Below are positions 46,701-54,928 of a stretch of DNA of 64,000 nucleotides, piece by piece. The position numbers and the translations under genes are program-made. Source of the stretch: a virus (Duplodnaviria > Caudoviricetes); IMG/VR virus record IMGVR_UViG_3300008262_000055. One strand, 5' to 3'. The first letter of the stretch is position 1, and every line of letters starts with the position of its first letter. A model generated the notes under the pieces. That model saw nothing but the letters and a program-made list of their open reading frames with translations. It made no database searches and had not been told where the DNA came from.

Positions 46701-49700
46701 GTCCTGGAAACCAAAGATCATACCACCTGTGCCAGTAGTTGATCCATCATAGATCATAGCACCAGTAGTTGGGAATACCACACGTTTAGAATCTCTAAAA
46801 TTCAGAGCCTGGACGATTACACGATCATCACCTAGTTCTCCAAATCCCGCAGGAATATCAAACTCAGGAGTATCTTTTAAGATAGTGAGTTTAACATATT
46901 GATAGCCATCTCTAGTAGTAATAATTTGATCGTCAACCAAAGCATCAATATCATCGTACTGGTTAAAGCTCAATAATCTAATCGCTGTGCCTGTATTCTC
47001 ACTAAAGATAAGAGCAGTTGAAGGACGTACAGCAACAACTTCCTCTTTGTCTGATAGAACAAATTCTTCGTTGCTTCTAACAATTAAATTTTTACCAGGA
47101 GCAACATAAACCGCTAGGCCGGCATTGGCCGCAACAGTGCTTAACTGTAATTGTGCTACACCTGTAGGAAGACCTGATATAGTAACAGTTTCGACAACAT
47201 ATGATCTTTGACCAATAGTTGTTAAAGTATAAATTGTGCCATCGCCGTTGCCTGTGTTGGCTGCTGTAAATTTATCGCCTACGGCATACACTATAGCACT
47301 AGTTCCAGCCGCAGCATTCCAATCTGTAGTTCCTAACGTTGCAATTTCATATTCAGTGCCTACCTGTAAAGAGGTAGCAGGATTAATAGTATCGGTTCTA
47401 TCACCGGTATGATCTATGTCAACAATACATCCTGCTCTAGGTAGATATGAATAATTAGTTACCCAGATAGTATCGCCATTCCTTACATTTTCGATTTCTA
47501 AAGCTACATTTTCATAGGCCTGTGCTATCTGTATCATTGGGAATTTCAATACTACAGAATCTGGTATTTCGTTAGGATCAGCACCTTCAGCTTTAAGACC
47601 AAATACTCCGTGAGCTGATGAACCGTTCAGTGATCGAATCTGAGCTCCGTTGAGAGAATAGAAGGCTGTGTAGCAATAGTAAGTAAACACAGACACTTGC
47701 TCAGATAAACCGTTATTGGTACAGAAGATACCATACCCCATGTCGTTAACTTGAGTAAAGTCATTGCCCAACATAGACTTATTACCAGCTGTGCTGAGTA
47801 CTACTTTACCGGTAACGTTTTCTAAGAACTCCAATACAGCAGTCTTGATTGTTTCTTTAGCAGCAATTACTTCAGTTCTAGCTGCTAACTTATTAGCATC
47901 TTGACCTATAATAGTTGGTAATACTTCTGTAACCGGTGTGTCATAGTCGTCATCGGCAACATAGTCGATTAAGATATCTGTGAGGTTTTGTAAAGTAGTT
48001 CCCTCTGTGGCAGTAGCTGCAGGATTGCTAGTATCTTGTGTTAAGGTGTTACTAGATGATTTAGTCCATGAAACGGTATCGTTTTGTACAACATAGAATA
48101 ACACTGTTCTTAATCTTGTGAAAGCAGACGCCGTAATTACTTCTTGATCTGGTACAAAACTTTCTCCATCTCTATAATATGTTTCACCATTGTTTTTAGT
48201 CTGACTATTGCCACCGTAAAGCAAATCGTAGATCATACCATCTAATAGATAAGCTACGTCACGAGCACACTTGGCTGTGTCATATTCAAAACTAGGATTA
48301 GTATCAGTTACGTATGCGACTATTTCTGTCTTAATAAAATCTCTATTGGCCACTAACACATCAACTGCTTTGGCTTTATTAGAACCAACTGATACACTTG
48401 CCGGTAACGGGTATGTTACTGTGGGAGCAGCACCAACACCATTTCTTATTATGTTTCGAATTATTTCAAATCTATCTGAATAAGCACTTCTAGCTGCCGA
48501 ATAGATACCTTCTGGAATTAATGCCAACGCTTCAACTTCTGCTTTGGTAATGCCGTTGATAGTAGGTTGTTTCTGTTCGTCAATAACCACGCTGGAATAT
48601 GATCTTAGATATGATAGACCGGCTTTAACTGATTGATAGTTAGATCCTAATACCATATCGTAGTTAACAGCATCTAAGATTAGGCCAACGTCTCGAGCAC
48701 ACTTGGCTTGATTAAACAAACCGTTACCGTAATACGGACTGTCTAATACACACTCGTATTGAGGATATATTCCAGGCACGCCAGCTGTTTCACCACTAAT
48801 TAGTGTAGTGATATAATCTCTACCAGCGTTAATTGCTGCCTCAACACCAGAGTCAGTGATATCAATAACCACTAGTTCAGGATCAGTGACTTGATAGTAT
48901 TCTAAGGTGTGGGTTGTACCGCTGCCTGTGCCAACAATGTTTAATTCAATTGATGTACTAACACCTTTTTCTTTTGCAATTAACAGAGGTAAGTTTTCTA
49001 CAAGTTGAACATTGTCACCATCAACTACGTATACATAAAAAACAAGATCGTTTAAGTCGGTAATTGGATCACCATTCTCGTCGTCGAGGTTATCCACAAC
49101 AATAGAATTACCGCCACCGCTGCTGTATTTTATTCTAGATCCACTTTTGAATCCGTGATCTAAAATTGTAATAGTATTAGCTGTTAAATCAATGTTTGAG
49201 CTAGGATTAAAAGACTTAGTAGTTCTAACTAATCCACCTAACAATTCATTTTTAACAATCTTGTTAGCTAATAAAGCAGCATATTCAATACCGTCGATTG
49301 TTTCTGCTAACTGACTGGTTGGCCCAGAGTCGGGAATAATTCTTCCGCCTTGTTTATAATAAGCATAACCTGCTCTAACAGTATTATTGAAATCACCAAA
49401 AATATCTATAGACCATGCGTCTACAATATATCCAACATCTCTATAACAGGTATCTCTATCGTAATTTAGTGTAGGATAAATTGCATCTAGGTATGCGATT
49501 GTTTCAGCTTGTATAATTTCTTTGTTTGTTTGTAATAGATCTTTGGCCTTATAAATTGTTTCGCCAAATTCTACAATATTAGCAATAAGATCAAACGCAG
49601 CTTCTACTTCAGTCTGTGCGTCGCCGCCGTTTGGATAAGCTGGTAAAAATATTTGATCTACAGTACCAACACGTTCATAGTCTGGATCTTGTGTAATAAC

Positions 49701-52226
49701 AGCCACAGCTACTTCTTTGGCTTTAACTATTGCTGCTACAGTTTCTGCTACCTGACCAGAAACTACTGTATTACCGCCAACAAAATAAAGTCTAGCAGCT
49801 TGGGTGGAATTTAAATAGCCGCCGTATAACACGTCCTGGATTACAGCATCAACTAATAACCCCACATCTCTAAAACACTTGTCTTCGTTGAACTCTAATG
49901 TAGGAAATTCACCGTTAACAAATGCTACAGTTTCAGTCTGTATAAATCTTCTGTTTCTTTCAAGTAAAATCTTAGTATCAAAATAACCAGTCTCTATTCT
50001 ATTCGACAATGTTATTCTATATAGATTTTCACCTATAGTAAACGATGTTGGTAAACTAGGAGGACGTAATAAACCACCAATGATTACTTTTTCGTATTCT
50101 TTAAAAGTTGTAGGATCCGATGGAACATAAGCAGGATCACTAGGATCTACTTCTCGTTGTCTTAGTAAAACACCTTCTAGGTTACCAGAAAACCCGTCAA
50201 TAAATTGACCACCAGCAAATTGATGCTCGTTGATACTCTTAGAAAAACTAGTTCCTGTTTGGAAATAAGGTGACTTAGATAAAATTTGTCCATTTGGATC
50301 AAGCACCATGACAAAGCCGCCGTGTCCTTGGAAAGAAATTTCTGAAACACGGGTAGCATCATTACACAGTAATACATCCATTTCGTCATTGTTTTTTGGT
50401 TGACTTGAGTAGTCTAATGGATCTGTTAGATACTGATAACCGTATTCATATTCAGTTACACGCAATTCGTCAATGACGCGATCTCTTCTAAAGAAAACTC
50501 GAGCCCACGGTGATTGACTGATACCTGGTTTTGGTCTTATGATTGATCTACGAAGATCGTCTCCTCTTAGCGTAACGTTTTCTGCTAATCTTAATGGATA
50601 GTTTTCATAATAAATTCCAGTTTCAACATGGATAGTTACTTGGATATTTCTAGTAAGGTCGGCATAGCTAACTCTTTCTCCAAGCTGGAATACACCACTT
50701 AATACTTCAATTTCAAAAATCTCGTTACCGTCTTCGTCTAGCGAACCATCTTGTGAAACAATTCTAGCTAACGCACCTGATGTTTCGCCTCTTAAGGCTT
50801 GACCTTCACGAATGTCATCAAGATAGTCTGTGTTTAATCTTTCAGTTGATAACAACAATCTTGGAAGATAAACAGCTGCAGAAGGTACTCCGGTGTAACC
50901 AGTTCCTCCTTTAGCAACCGTAACTTCTTTGATTTCGCCACCGATCTCAGTAATAAAAGCTTCAGTTCCAGTTCCACCGCCGCCGGTGAAAATAACAGAA
51001 GCAGAAGTATAATTTTCTCCAGTGTCGGTGACATCGACCTGCGTTACAGTCCATCTAACTCTAGCACGAGCAGTACCTGAACCTGACCCGCCAACTAACA
51101 TTAGGTAATCGTTATCTACATGTGATTGGGGTAGTATGCTATAGATACCTTTTTGTTTGACATCGTCAACATCGGTGTTAATTGCTAACTGTAAAATAGA
51201 TCCAGCAAAGTCAACAGCAACAACTCTAAACTGTGTTTCTTGACCTAGATATGTTCCGCCGTTAGGGGTTAATATGTCATCCTTTTGATAACCAGTGCCT
51301 GCGATTAAAATCTGTATTGGCGATCCAATATCGTCAATACCCATTCGTGCTTCTACAGTACATCCGGTTCCCGACAGTTCCGATTCTTCAACAGAAACAA
51401 TTTCACAGAATTTAGTACCATTAGCATAGGTTAATATCTTTTGGTAAGGCCCCAATTCAAGCGGAGCATTGTTAACTAACTCTTCTGCTTTTTCGCAGGC
51501 CTTCTGAACAGTGGCAAAGGCAGTGGCTTCTGAACGTCCGATCTGATTTTGGGGGATGTCGGTTCTTTCATCGATGCCTCTAGGACTTACATAAATGTTG
51601 TATTCGCTGCTGAATGTTTTGCTATCTACATAGGCTTTTGTAGCAGCAATTAATCCGTTGTATTCTAAATCATCTTCTTCAATTGGATTTCTAGATAGCA
51701 CCAACGGACCACGCATCAATCCCCAATCTGGTCTAGCAAATCCGCTAACATCTATAGCATCAGTTCCGTCCAGACTTACCTTGTTGTCTACGTAGCCTTT
51801 GGTAGCAGCATCTTCGTCTTCAGTAGCTTCGCTAAGGTTAGTTAATCGTTTGAAGTTAGCATTTAAATTAGTTTGTAGTGTAGGGTCAGGGTCGTTAATC
51901 AACGCAGAAGCTAGAGAACTTAGACGTATTTGTCCGGGTATACTTTGATTAACAATAATAGTTTCAGAACCGACTAGTTCTTTAAAAACAATTTGTTCAC
52001 CCTCAGCATCAACTACTAGAACTCTGTTATTATCAGAAGTCCTATAACCTTTAACAGTTCGTTCTTTTTCAACATCGTCTAGGCCTATAAATGATAGTTT
52101 TCCACCTTGACCTAGGATAGCATATAATTCTGTAAAGTTTTCATTAACTTTTTGGAACGAATCGCGAATACTGTCGCCTGTACCGTCATTACCTTCGATA
52201 CCGATATTAATTTCTTTTCTTGACAT
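43701..52226 (-). CDS. giant (2841 aa) tail/baseplate-associated protein: gp9/10-like anchor, beta-helix-like region, four C-x-R-D helical repeats, C-terminal peptidase-G2-like chaperone
   Basis: INIGIEGNDGTGDSIRDSFQKVNENFTELY; GIYYENYPLRLAENVTLRGD; ADLAEWY...YEPGTVL...GRVPCKV. Confidence 0.8.
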   Translation of the reverse strand: MSRKEINIGIEGNDGTGDSIRDSFQKVNENFTELYAILGQGGKLSFIGLDDVEKERTVKGYRTSDNNRVLVVDAEGEQIVFKELVGSETIIVNQSIPGQIRLSSLASALINDPDPTLQTNLNANFKRLTNLSEATEDEDAATKGYVDNKVSLDGTDAIDVSGFARPDWGLMRGPLVLSRNPIEEDDLEYNGLIAATKAYVDSKTFSSEYNIYVSPRGIDERTDIPQNQIGRSEATAFATVQKACEKAEELVNNAPLELGPYQKILTYANGTKFCEIVSVEESELSGTGCTVEARMGIDDIGSPIQILIAGTGYQKDDILTPNGGTYLGQETQFRVVAVDFAGSILQLAINTDVDDVKQKGIYSILPQSHVDNDYLMLVGGSGSGTARARVRWTVTQVDVTDTGENYTSASVIFTGGGGTGTEAFITEIGGEIKEVTVAKGGTGYTGVPSAAVYLPRLLLSTERLNTDYLDDIREGQALRGETSGALARIVSQDGSLDEDGNEIFEIEVLSGVFQLGERVSYADLTRNIQVTIHVETGIYYENYPLRLAENVTLRGDDLRRSIIRPKPGISQSPWARVFFRRDRVIDELRVTEYEYGYQYLTDPLDYSSQPKNNDEMDVLLCNDATRVSEISFQGHGGFVMVLDPNGQILSKSPYFQTGTSFSKSINEHQFAGGQFIDGFSGNLEGVLLRQREVDPSDPAYVPSDPTTFKEYEKVIIGGLLRPPSLPTSFTIGENLYRITLSNRIETGYFDTKILLERNRRFIQTETVAFVNGEFPTLEFNEDKCFRDVGLLVDAVIQDVLYGGYLNSTQAARLYFVGGNTVVSGQVAETVAAIVKAKEVAVAVITQDPDYERVGTVDQIFLPAYPNGGDAQTEVEAAFDLIANIVEFGETIYKAKDLLQTNKEIIQAETIAYLDAIYPTLNYDRDTCYRDVGYIVDAWSIDIFGDFNNTVRAGYAYYKQGGRIIPDSGPTSQLAETIDGIEYAALLANKIVKNELLGGLVRTTKSFNPSSNIDLTANTITILDHGFKSGSRIKYSSGGGNSIVVDNLDDENGDPITDLNDLVFYVYVVDGDNVQLVENLPLLIAKEKGVSTSIELNIVGTGSGTTHTLEYYQVTDPELVVIDITDSGVEAAINAGRDYITTLISGETAGVPGIYPQYECVLDSPYYGNGLFNQAKCARDVGLILDAVNYDMVLGSNYQSVKAGLSYLRSYSSVVIDEQKQPTINGITKAEVEALALIPEGIYSAARSAYSDRFEIIRNIIRNGVGAAPTVTYPLPASVSVGSNKAKAVDVLVANRDFIKTEIVAYVTDTNPSFEYDTAKCARDVAYLLDGMIYDLLYGGNSQTKNNGETYYRDGESFVPDQEVITASAFTRLRTVLFYVVQNDTVSWTKSSSNTLTQDTSNPAATATEGTTLQNLTDILIDYVADDDYDTPVTEVLPTIIGQDANKLAARTEVIAAKETIKTAVLEFLENVTGKVVLSTAGNKSMLGNDFTQVNDMGYGIFCTNNGLSEQVSVFTYYCYTAFYSLNGAQIRSLNGSSAHGVFGLKAEGADPNEIPDSVVLKFPMIQIAQAYENVALEIENVRNGDTIWVTNYSYLPRAGCIVDIDHTGDRTDTINPATSLQVGTEYEIATLGTTDWNAAAGTSAIVYAVGDKFTAANTGNGDGTIYTLTTIGQRSYVVETVTISGLPTGVAQLQLSTVAANAGLAVYVAPGKNLIVRSNEEFVLSDKEEVVAVRPSTALIFSENTGTAIRLLSFNQYDDIDALVDDQIITTRDGYQYVKLTILKDTPEFDIPAGFGELGDDRVIVQALNFRDSKRVVFPTTGAMIYDGSTTGTGGMIFGFQDSMYEITDYEVNNLDPNNIFGIITFRNVTQPLIESSRTYSFTVTGSSPAQLALTADHNLSDGRRVKINSSNYYVKNVVSNVNHGPIGGTNVVPATGGGVGATFIITRTNSIVYENIQVSVAGTGYEIGDTIRILGTSLGGATPTNDIIITVNDVGGSGDITEAIISRGVAKAVRMELQLYSDEDLTLGVNSSSLGVATSLTVLGGLTYSPLETNGTNVSFDAGIRAGATGTVTVNISTMRATGHDFLDIGTGSYADTNYPSNIFGEPANEPDVEAQVVEVTTGRVFYVSTDQNGNFKVGDFFAVDQGTGKLTLDAKIDLKGIDSLKLRSGNEIFEFTNDITMGGEGAADPQAVPTEYAIRSYIDKRLGLNHFGVRVTDGLRGPGYLALDGSLAVKGTIEMDGNTLRNLPAPRRGAVGDTEAVPKFFMKLGNVEDGPDYWRPALGTPTYAIQRADILAFTGTDSQFSHATMTGALTFTLNTTTPTDPFVVSTINDNVIVNDDINYDAAILQHKLQLNYIRDTAADGFTITAYTTTGVPSGFTRFTANGHGISENDSIEILGETTGTLSGINKRWKAVSITTNTFDIPITGLTGVLSGNAKVREPGILSGAKTTEFQISNTGFLQLRPSSSVATGVTFDKLAYIDPAVYDATDETTYAGGGTKLLGRRSLPTAGSVIGSPVPIDARTIIRDGFGLSKFDVPLEGVIVRTDLSNDPTDVSFTSIGYGSANSSNDLVQRDANGDFSANLITTNGILTNDNITIVTDTASISNPKGIRATIGSTTATILQRAIESTGDNAFKTVLRNGNGGLGIVLVDGNSAANKRTEYYAQEHRIYNSTGGGGILNISGGILKAGGGSSAATVQGTFTLDIGATFQATWADLAEWYSSDKEYEPGTVLEFGGDAEVRASTKQGTTRVAGVVTTNPAYTMNQGLQGTRSCVALQGRVPCKVVGKVYKGDLIIASSISGVAISAGEVAQPGTIIGKALQNYDSDYIGLIEVAVGRL
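47900..49990 (-). repeat. four degenerate ~143-aa helical protein repeats with (K/T)C-x-RDV motif
   Basis: Cys codons at ~49876, 49447, 48700, 48268; spacings 429 and 432 nt within pairs; boundaries approximate. Confidence 0.8.
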
Positions 52227-52257
52227 TAGGGAACTCCGTTGGATACCTTATAATTGA

Positions 52258-52293
52258 TATTTAGCCCAAAATTTTATAAGCCGAATGTAAATA
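52258..52293. promoter_or_regulatory. divergent T4-late-like promoters (CTAAATA minus; GTAAATA plus)
   Basis: Between the giant gene and the plus-strand ORF at 52299. Confidence 0.45.
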
Positions 52294-52298
52294 AATGT

Positions 52299-52586
52299 AT
52301 GTTCTTAAAGAAAGAAACTAGAGAAATGGAATATGTTCGAACCAGTAAATTAGGTTCGGAACATACCTATGTGCGAACAAAAACTGTAGCACTATTACGT
52401 TGTGATAACTGCGACGAAAAGTTTGAAAGAGATTTAAAACATATGGACCATCGTAGACTTAGCAACAATTATTTTCATGTATGTGCTAACTGCGATGCTA
52501 AAAGATTTGCAAAAAGAAAAGCAGTGGAAAGAAGATCTATATGGGATATGCCAGCTAGCTCTACATTGCCTGTAGGCAAATACTAG
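52299..52586 (+). CDS. small zinc-finger protein
   Basis: CDNC...CANC; start moved to MFLKKE. Confidence 0.7.
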   Translation: MFLKKETREMEYVRTSKLGSEHTYVRTKTVALLRCDNCDEKFERDLKHMDHRRLSNNYFHVCANCDAKRFAKRKAVERRSIWDMPASSTLPVGKY

Positions 52587-53221
52587 CGAGTCATTAATTC
52601 GTCTACGAATTTTAATAGCAGTTTATGATGTCTGCCGTGATGCCAGTGCTTGGGCATCCAGGAATGATAGTCGTACCAAACTCTGGTACTTTCAGGGTGA
52701 CACCCAATTAGTCCAATTTTCCCTTGTATAACAGCCATAGGATCGCCGTTGCTGTAGGTAGCCACAACATCCATATTATCACCAACAATAGCACAGCCGT
52801 CATAAAAATACATCCTTTCTGGTTGTCCTTGCCAATTAACTAGTTGACCTTTGGCATGGGGTCTTCGAGTATCTGTATTGGGACGTTTAATATATTGTAC
52901 AACTCTAGTTCCCGGATCAAGGATATCAAAATAGTATTGATCGGCCCAATAAGCCCCAAGGCATATACCTAAGTACTTGCCACCGTTTTTCATCCAATTG
53001 CGTATAATGTCAGCATGTTTAACCATCACGGTATCAAAACTATCGCTGTCACCCAGCCCACCCGGAAAACAAACAATATCTACATCGTCGAAGTAGGTGT
53101 CCTCTACTTCATGCTTGGTGAATATTTTAAATTTGTAGTAAGGTGATAACGATTCGATAATGCCGTTTACAGAATCAACAGCACATAATGGGTGATGTAC
53201 AAATATTGCTATAGTTTTCAT
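52583..53221 (-). CDS. class I glutamine-amidotransferase-like (BPL_N-type) protein
   Basis: FPGG, YLGICLGAY nucleophile elbow, GCHPE. Confidence 0.75.
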   Translation of the reverse strand: MKTIAIFVHHPLCAVDSVNGIIESLSPYYKFKIFTKHEVEDTYFDDVDIVCFPGGLGDSDSFDTVMVKHADIIRNWMKNGGKYLGICLGAYWADQYYFDILDPGTRVVQYIKRPNTDTRRPHAKGQLVNWQGQPERMYFYDGCAIVGDNMDVVATYSNGDPMAVIQGKIGLIGCHPESTRVWYDYHSWMPKHWHHGRHHKLLLKFVDELMTR

Positions 53222-53237
53222 CGAACACCATAATAAA

Positions 53238-53336
53238 GCTCACTTCAGGATGCCATTCCGGGGCACGACTCCCATAACATCCAGCCCAGCAGCCGGGCAC
53301 ACCTATAGTAACGATAACGTCCTAAGGTAGGTGTTT
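53238..53336 (-). ncRNA. candidate structured RNA (three-stem), family unidentified
   Basis: GC-rich intergenic; ACACCTA/TAGGTGT, GCCCGG/CTGGGC and GGATG/CATCC stems. Confidence 0.45.
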
Positions 53337-53663
53337 TTAAACCCTAAACGATTCGCCACAACCACAGCGAGCTTTTTCGTTAGGATTTATGAATTCAAAA
53401 CCTTCGTTCAAACCTTTTTTCTGCCAGTCCATAGTAAGTCCATTGACATAAGGACTGCTACGACCGTCAACCCAAACTTTAATTCCGTTGCTCTCGTAGA
53501 CAAATTGATCTCTAGTAATAGGAGCAACATCTACATATTCTAAAACATAAGCAAGTCCTGAACAGCCGCTGGTCTTAACGCCAACACGGATACCAAGCCC
53601 ACCGCCTCTACGTTCCAATTGTTGTTTTACTTTTTTAGCTGCTAGATCTGATAGAGTTATCAT
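53337..53663 (-). CDS. iscA: Fe-S cluster assembly protein IscA
   Basis: [26 protein letters not shown]. Confidence 0.92.
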   Translation of the reverse strand: MITLSDLAAKKVKQQLERRGGGLGIRVGVKTSGCSGLAYVLEYVDVAPITRDQFVYESNGIKVWVDGRSSPYVNGLTMDWQKKGLNEGFEFINPNEKARCGCGESFRV

Positions 53664-54039
53664 ATTTCTCTTTATAGTCCTTTACTGCTGCCTTAATAGC
53701 ATCTTCTGCTAGAATTGAACAATGTATCTTAACCGGAGGCAATGCTAGTTCTGTGGCGATTTCGGAGTTTTTGATTGTTCCGGCTTCATCGAGTGTTTTG
53801 CCCTTGAGCCATTCTGTAGCAAGGCTCGAGCTCGCAATAGCCGATCCGCAGCCATACGTTTTAAATTTTGCATCTGTAATAATACCTGTATCATGATCTA
53901 CCTTTATCTGTAATTTCATAACATCGCCGCAAGCAGGAGCACCAACCATCCCAGTACCTACATTAGTATCGGTTTTGTCAAAACTACCCACGTTACGAGG
54001 ATTTTCATAATGGTCAATAACTTTGTCTGAATATGCCAT
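53635..54039 (-). CDS. iscU: Fe-S scaffold IscU
   Basis: [34 protein letters not shown]. Confidence 0.96.
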   Translation of the reverse strand: MAYSDKVIDHYENPRNVGSFDKTDTNVGTGMVGAPACGDVMKLQIKVDHDTGIITDAKFKTYGCGSAIASSSLATEWLKGKTLDEAGTIKNSEIATELALPPVKIHCSILAEDAIKAAVKDYKEKYDNSIRSSS

Positions 54040-54040
54040 G

Positions 54041-54607
54041 CTATTCTCCCATACTTGTTAATCTATCGTTTACGACACCCCAGTCTATAATACGCCAAAT
54101 ATTGTTTAAGTATTTGGCTTTGTCCTGCTGATAGTCTAATGCCCAAGCATGTTCCCAAGCATCTACCAACAATGAAATCTTCATAGATCTTTTGTATTCG
54201 TGATTATGAATAGTGTGCAAATCTCCGGATTCGTCCATATAGATCCAATTAGATCCTTGTGCTGCCATAAATTCTTTTTCAAACGCTTCTTTAAACTTTT
54301 CAAAACTGCTGTATTTTTTTTCTATAATTTCGTTACTGATCCCCGTAGGTTTATTAGCTGCTCTGGGTGGGGTAAGATTTCCAAAAAATAAATTATGTAA
54401 CATAGCACCCCCGTAATTAAAATCGGGGTCGCCTTCGCCTTTGTTATAACGATCAAAATACTTCGAAGCAAGTCCGTCATAGTGATACTTTAGAGTATCT
54501 TCGCTCATTACGGGTTCTAGCTCTTTGCGATCAAAATTAAGTTTATTTTGATATACTTCTCGCTGATCCGTGCTTTCAGTCAAATATTTCAAAAAATGTA
54601 GTGTCAT
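54041..54607 (-). CDS. sod: Fe/Mn superoxide dismutase
   Basis: Metal ligands in YHY, LHN and DAWEH; start probably MTLHF. Confidence 0.8.
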   Translation of the reverse strand: MTLHFLKYLTESTDQREVYQNKLNFDRKELEPVMSEDTLKYHYDGLASKYFDRYNKGEGDPDFNYGGAMLHNLFFGNLTPPRAANKPTGISNEIIEKKYSSFEKFKEAFEKEFMAAQGSNWIYMDESGDLHTIHNHEYKRSMKISLLVDAWEHAWALDYQQDKAKYLNNIWRIIDWGVVNDRLTSMGE

Positions 54608-54612
54608 AATCA

Positions 54613-54619
54613 TATTTAT
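54613..54619 (-). promoter_or_regulatory. T4-late-like promoter ATAAATA
   Basis: 5 nt before ATG 54607. Confidence 0.5.
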
Positions 54620-54625
54620 TGTAAA

Positions 54626-54928
54626 ATCGTACTTTTCGCAGTAGTTGTAGTAGCACTAGGTGCTTTCATTTATTACAATCGTAGCTCTAAGAGTTTAGAC
54701 GTAAACAATGATGGTAAAGTAGATGCTGCTGACGCTAAAGCCGCTGTCCAAAACGTAGTAGAAGGTGTCAAAGCCTCCGCTGACGTAAACAAAGACGGTA
54801 AAGTAGATGCCGCTGATGTAGCAGTAGTTAAAGAAAAAGCCAAAGCAGTTGCTAAGAAAACAACAGCTAAGGTTAAAGAAACTGCTAAGAAAGCAGCACC
54901 TCGCGGTCGCAAGCCACAGGCAAAGTAA
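54626..54928 (+). pseudogene. membrane-anchored dockerin/EF-hand-like repeat protein with Lys/Ala tail; no start codon or SD visible
   Basis: Hand-translated IVLFAVVVVALGAFIYY...DVNNDGKVDAAD...DVNKDGKVDAAD...KPQAK*; in-frame TAG at 54599 and no ATG between. Confidence 0.65.

Noticed and set aside
53238-53336. tRNA or intrinsic terminator reading of the GC-rich element
   Set aside because: No cloverleaf, T-loop or CCA, and no U-tract after any stem.
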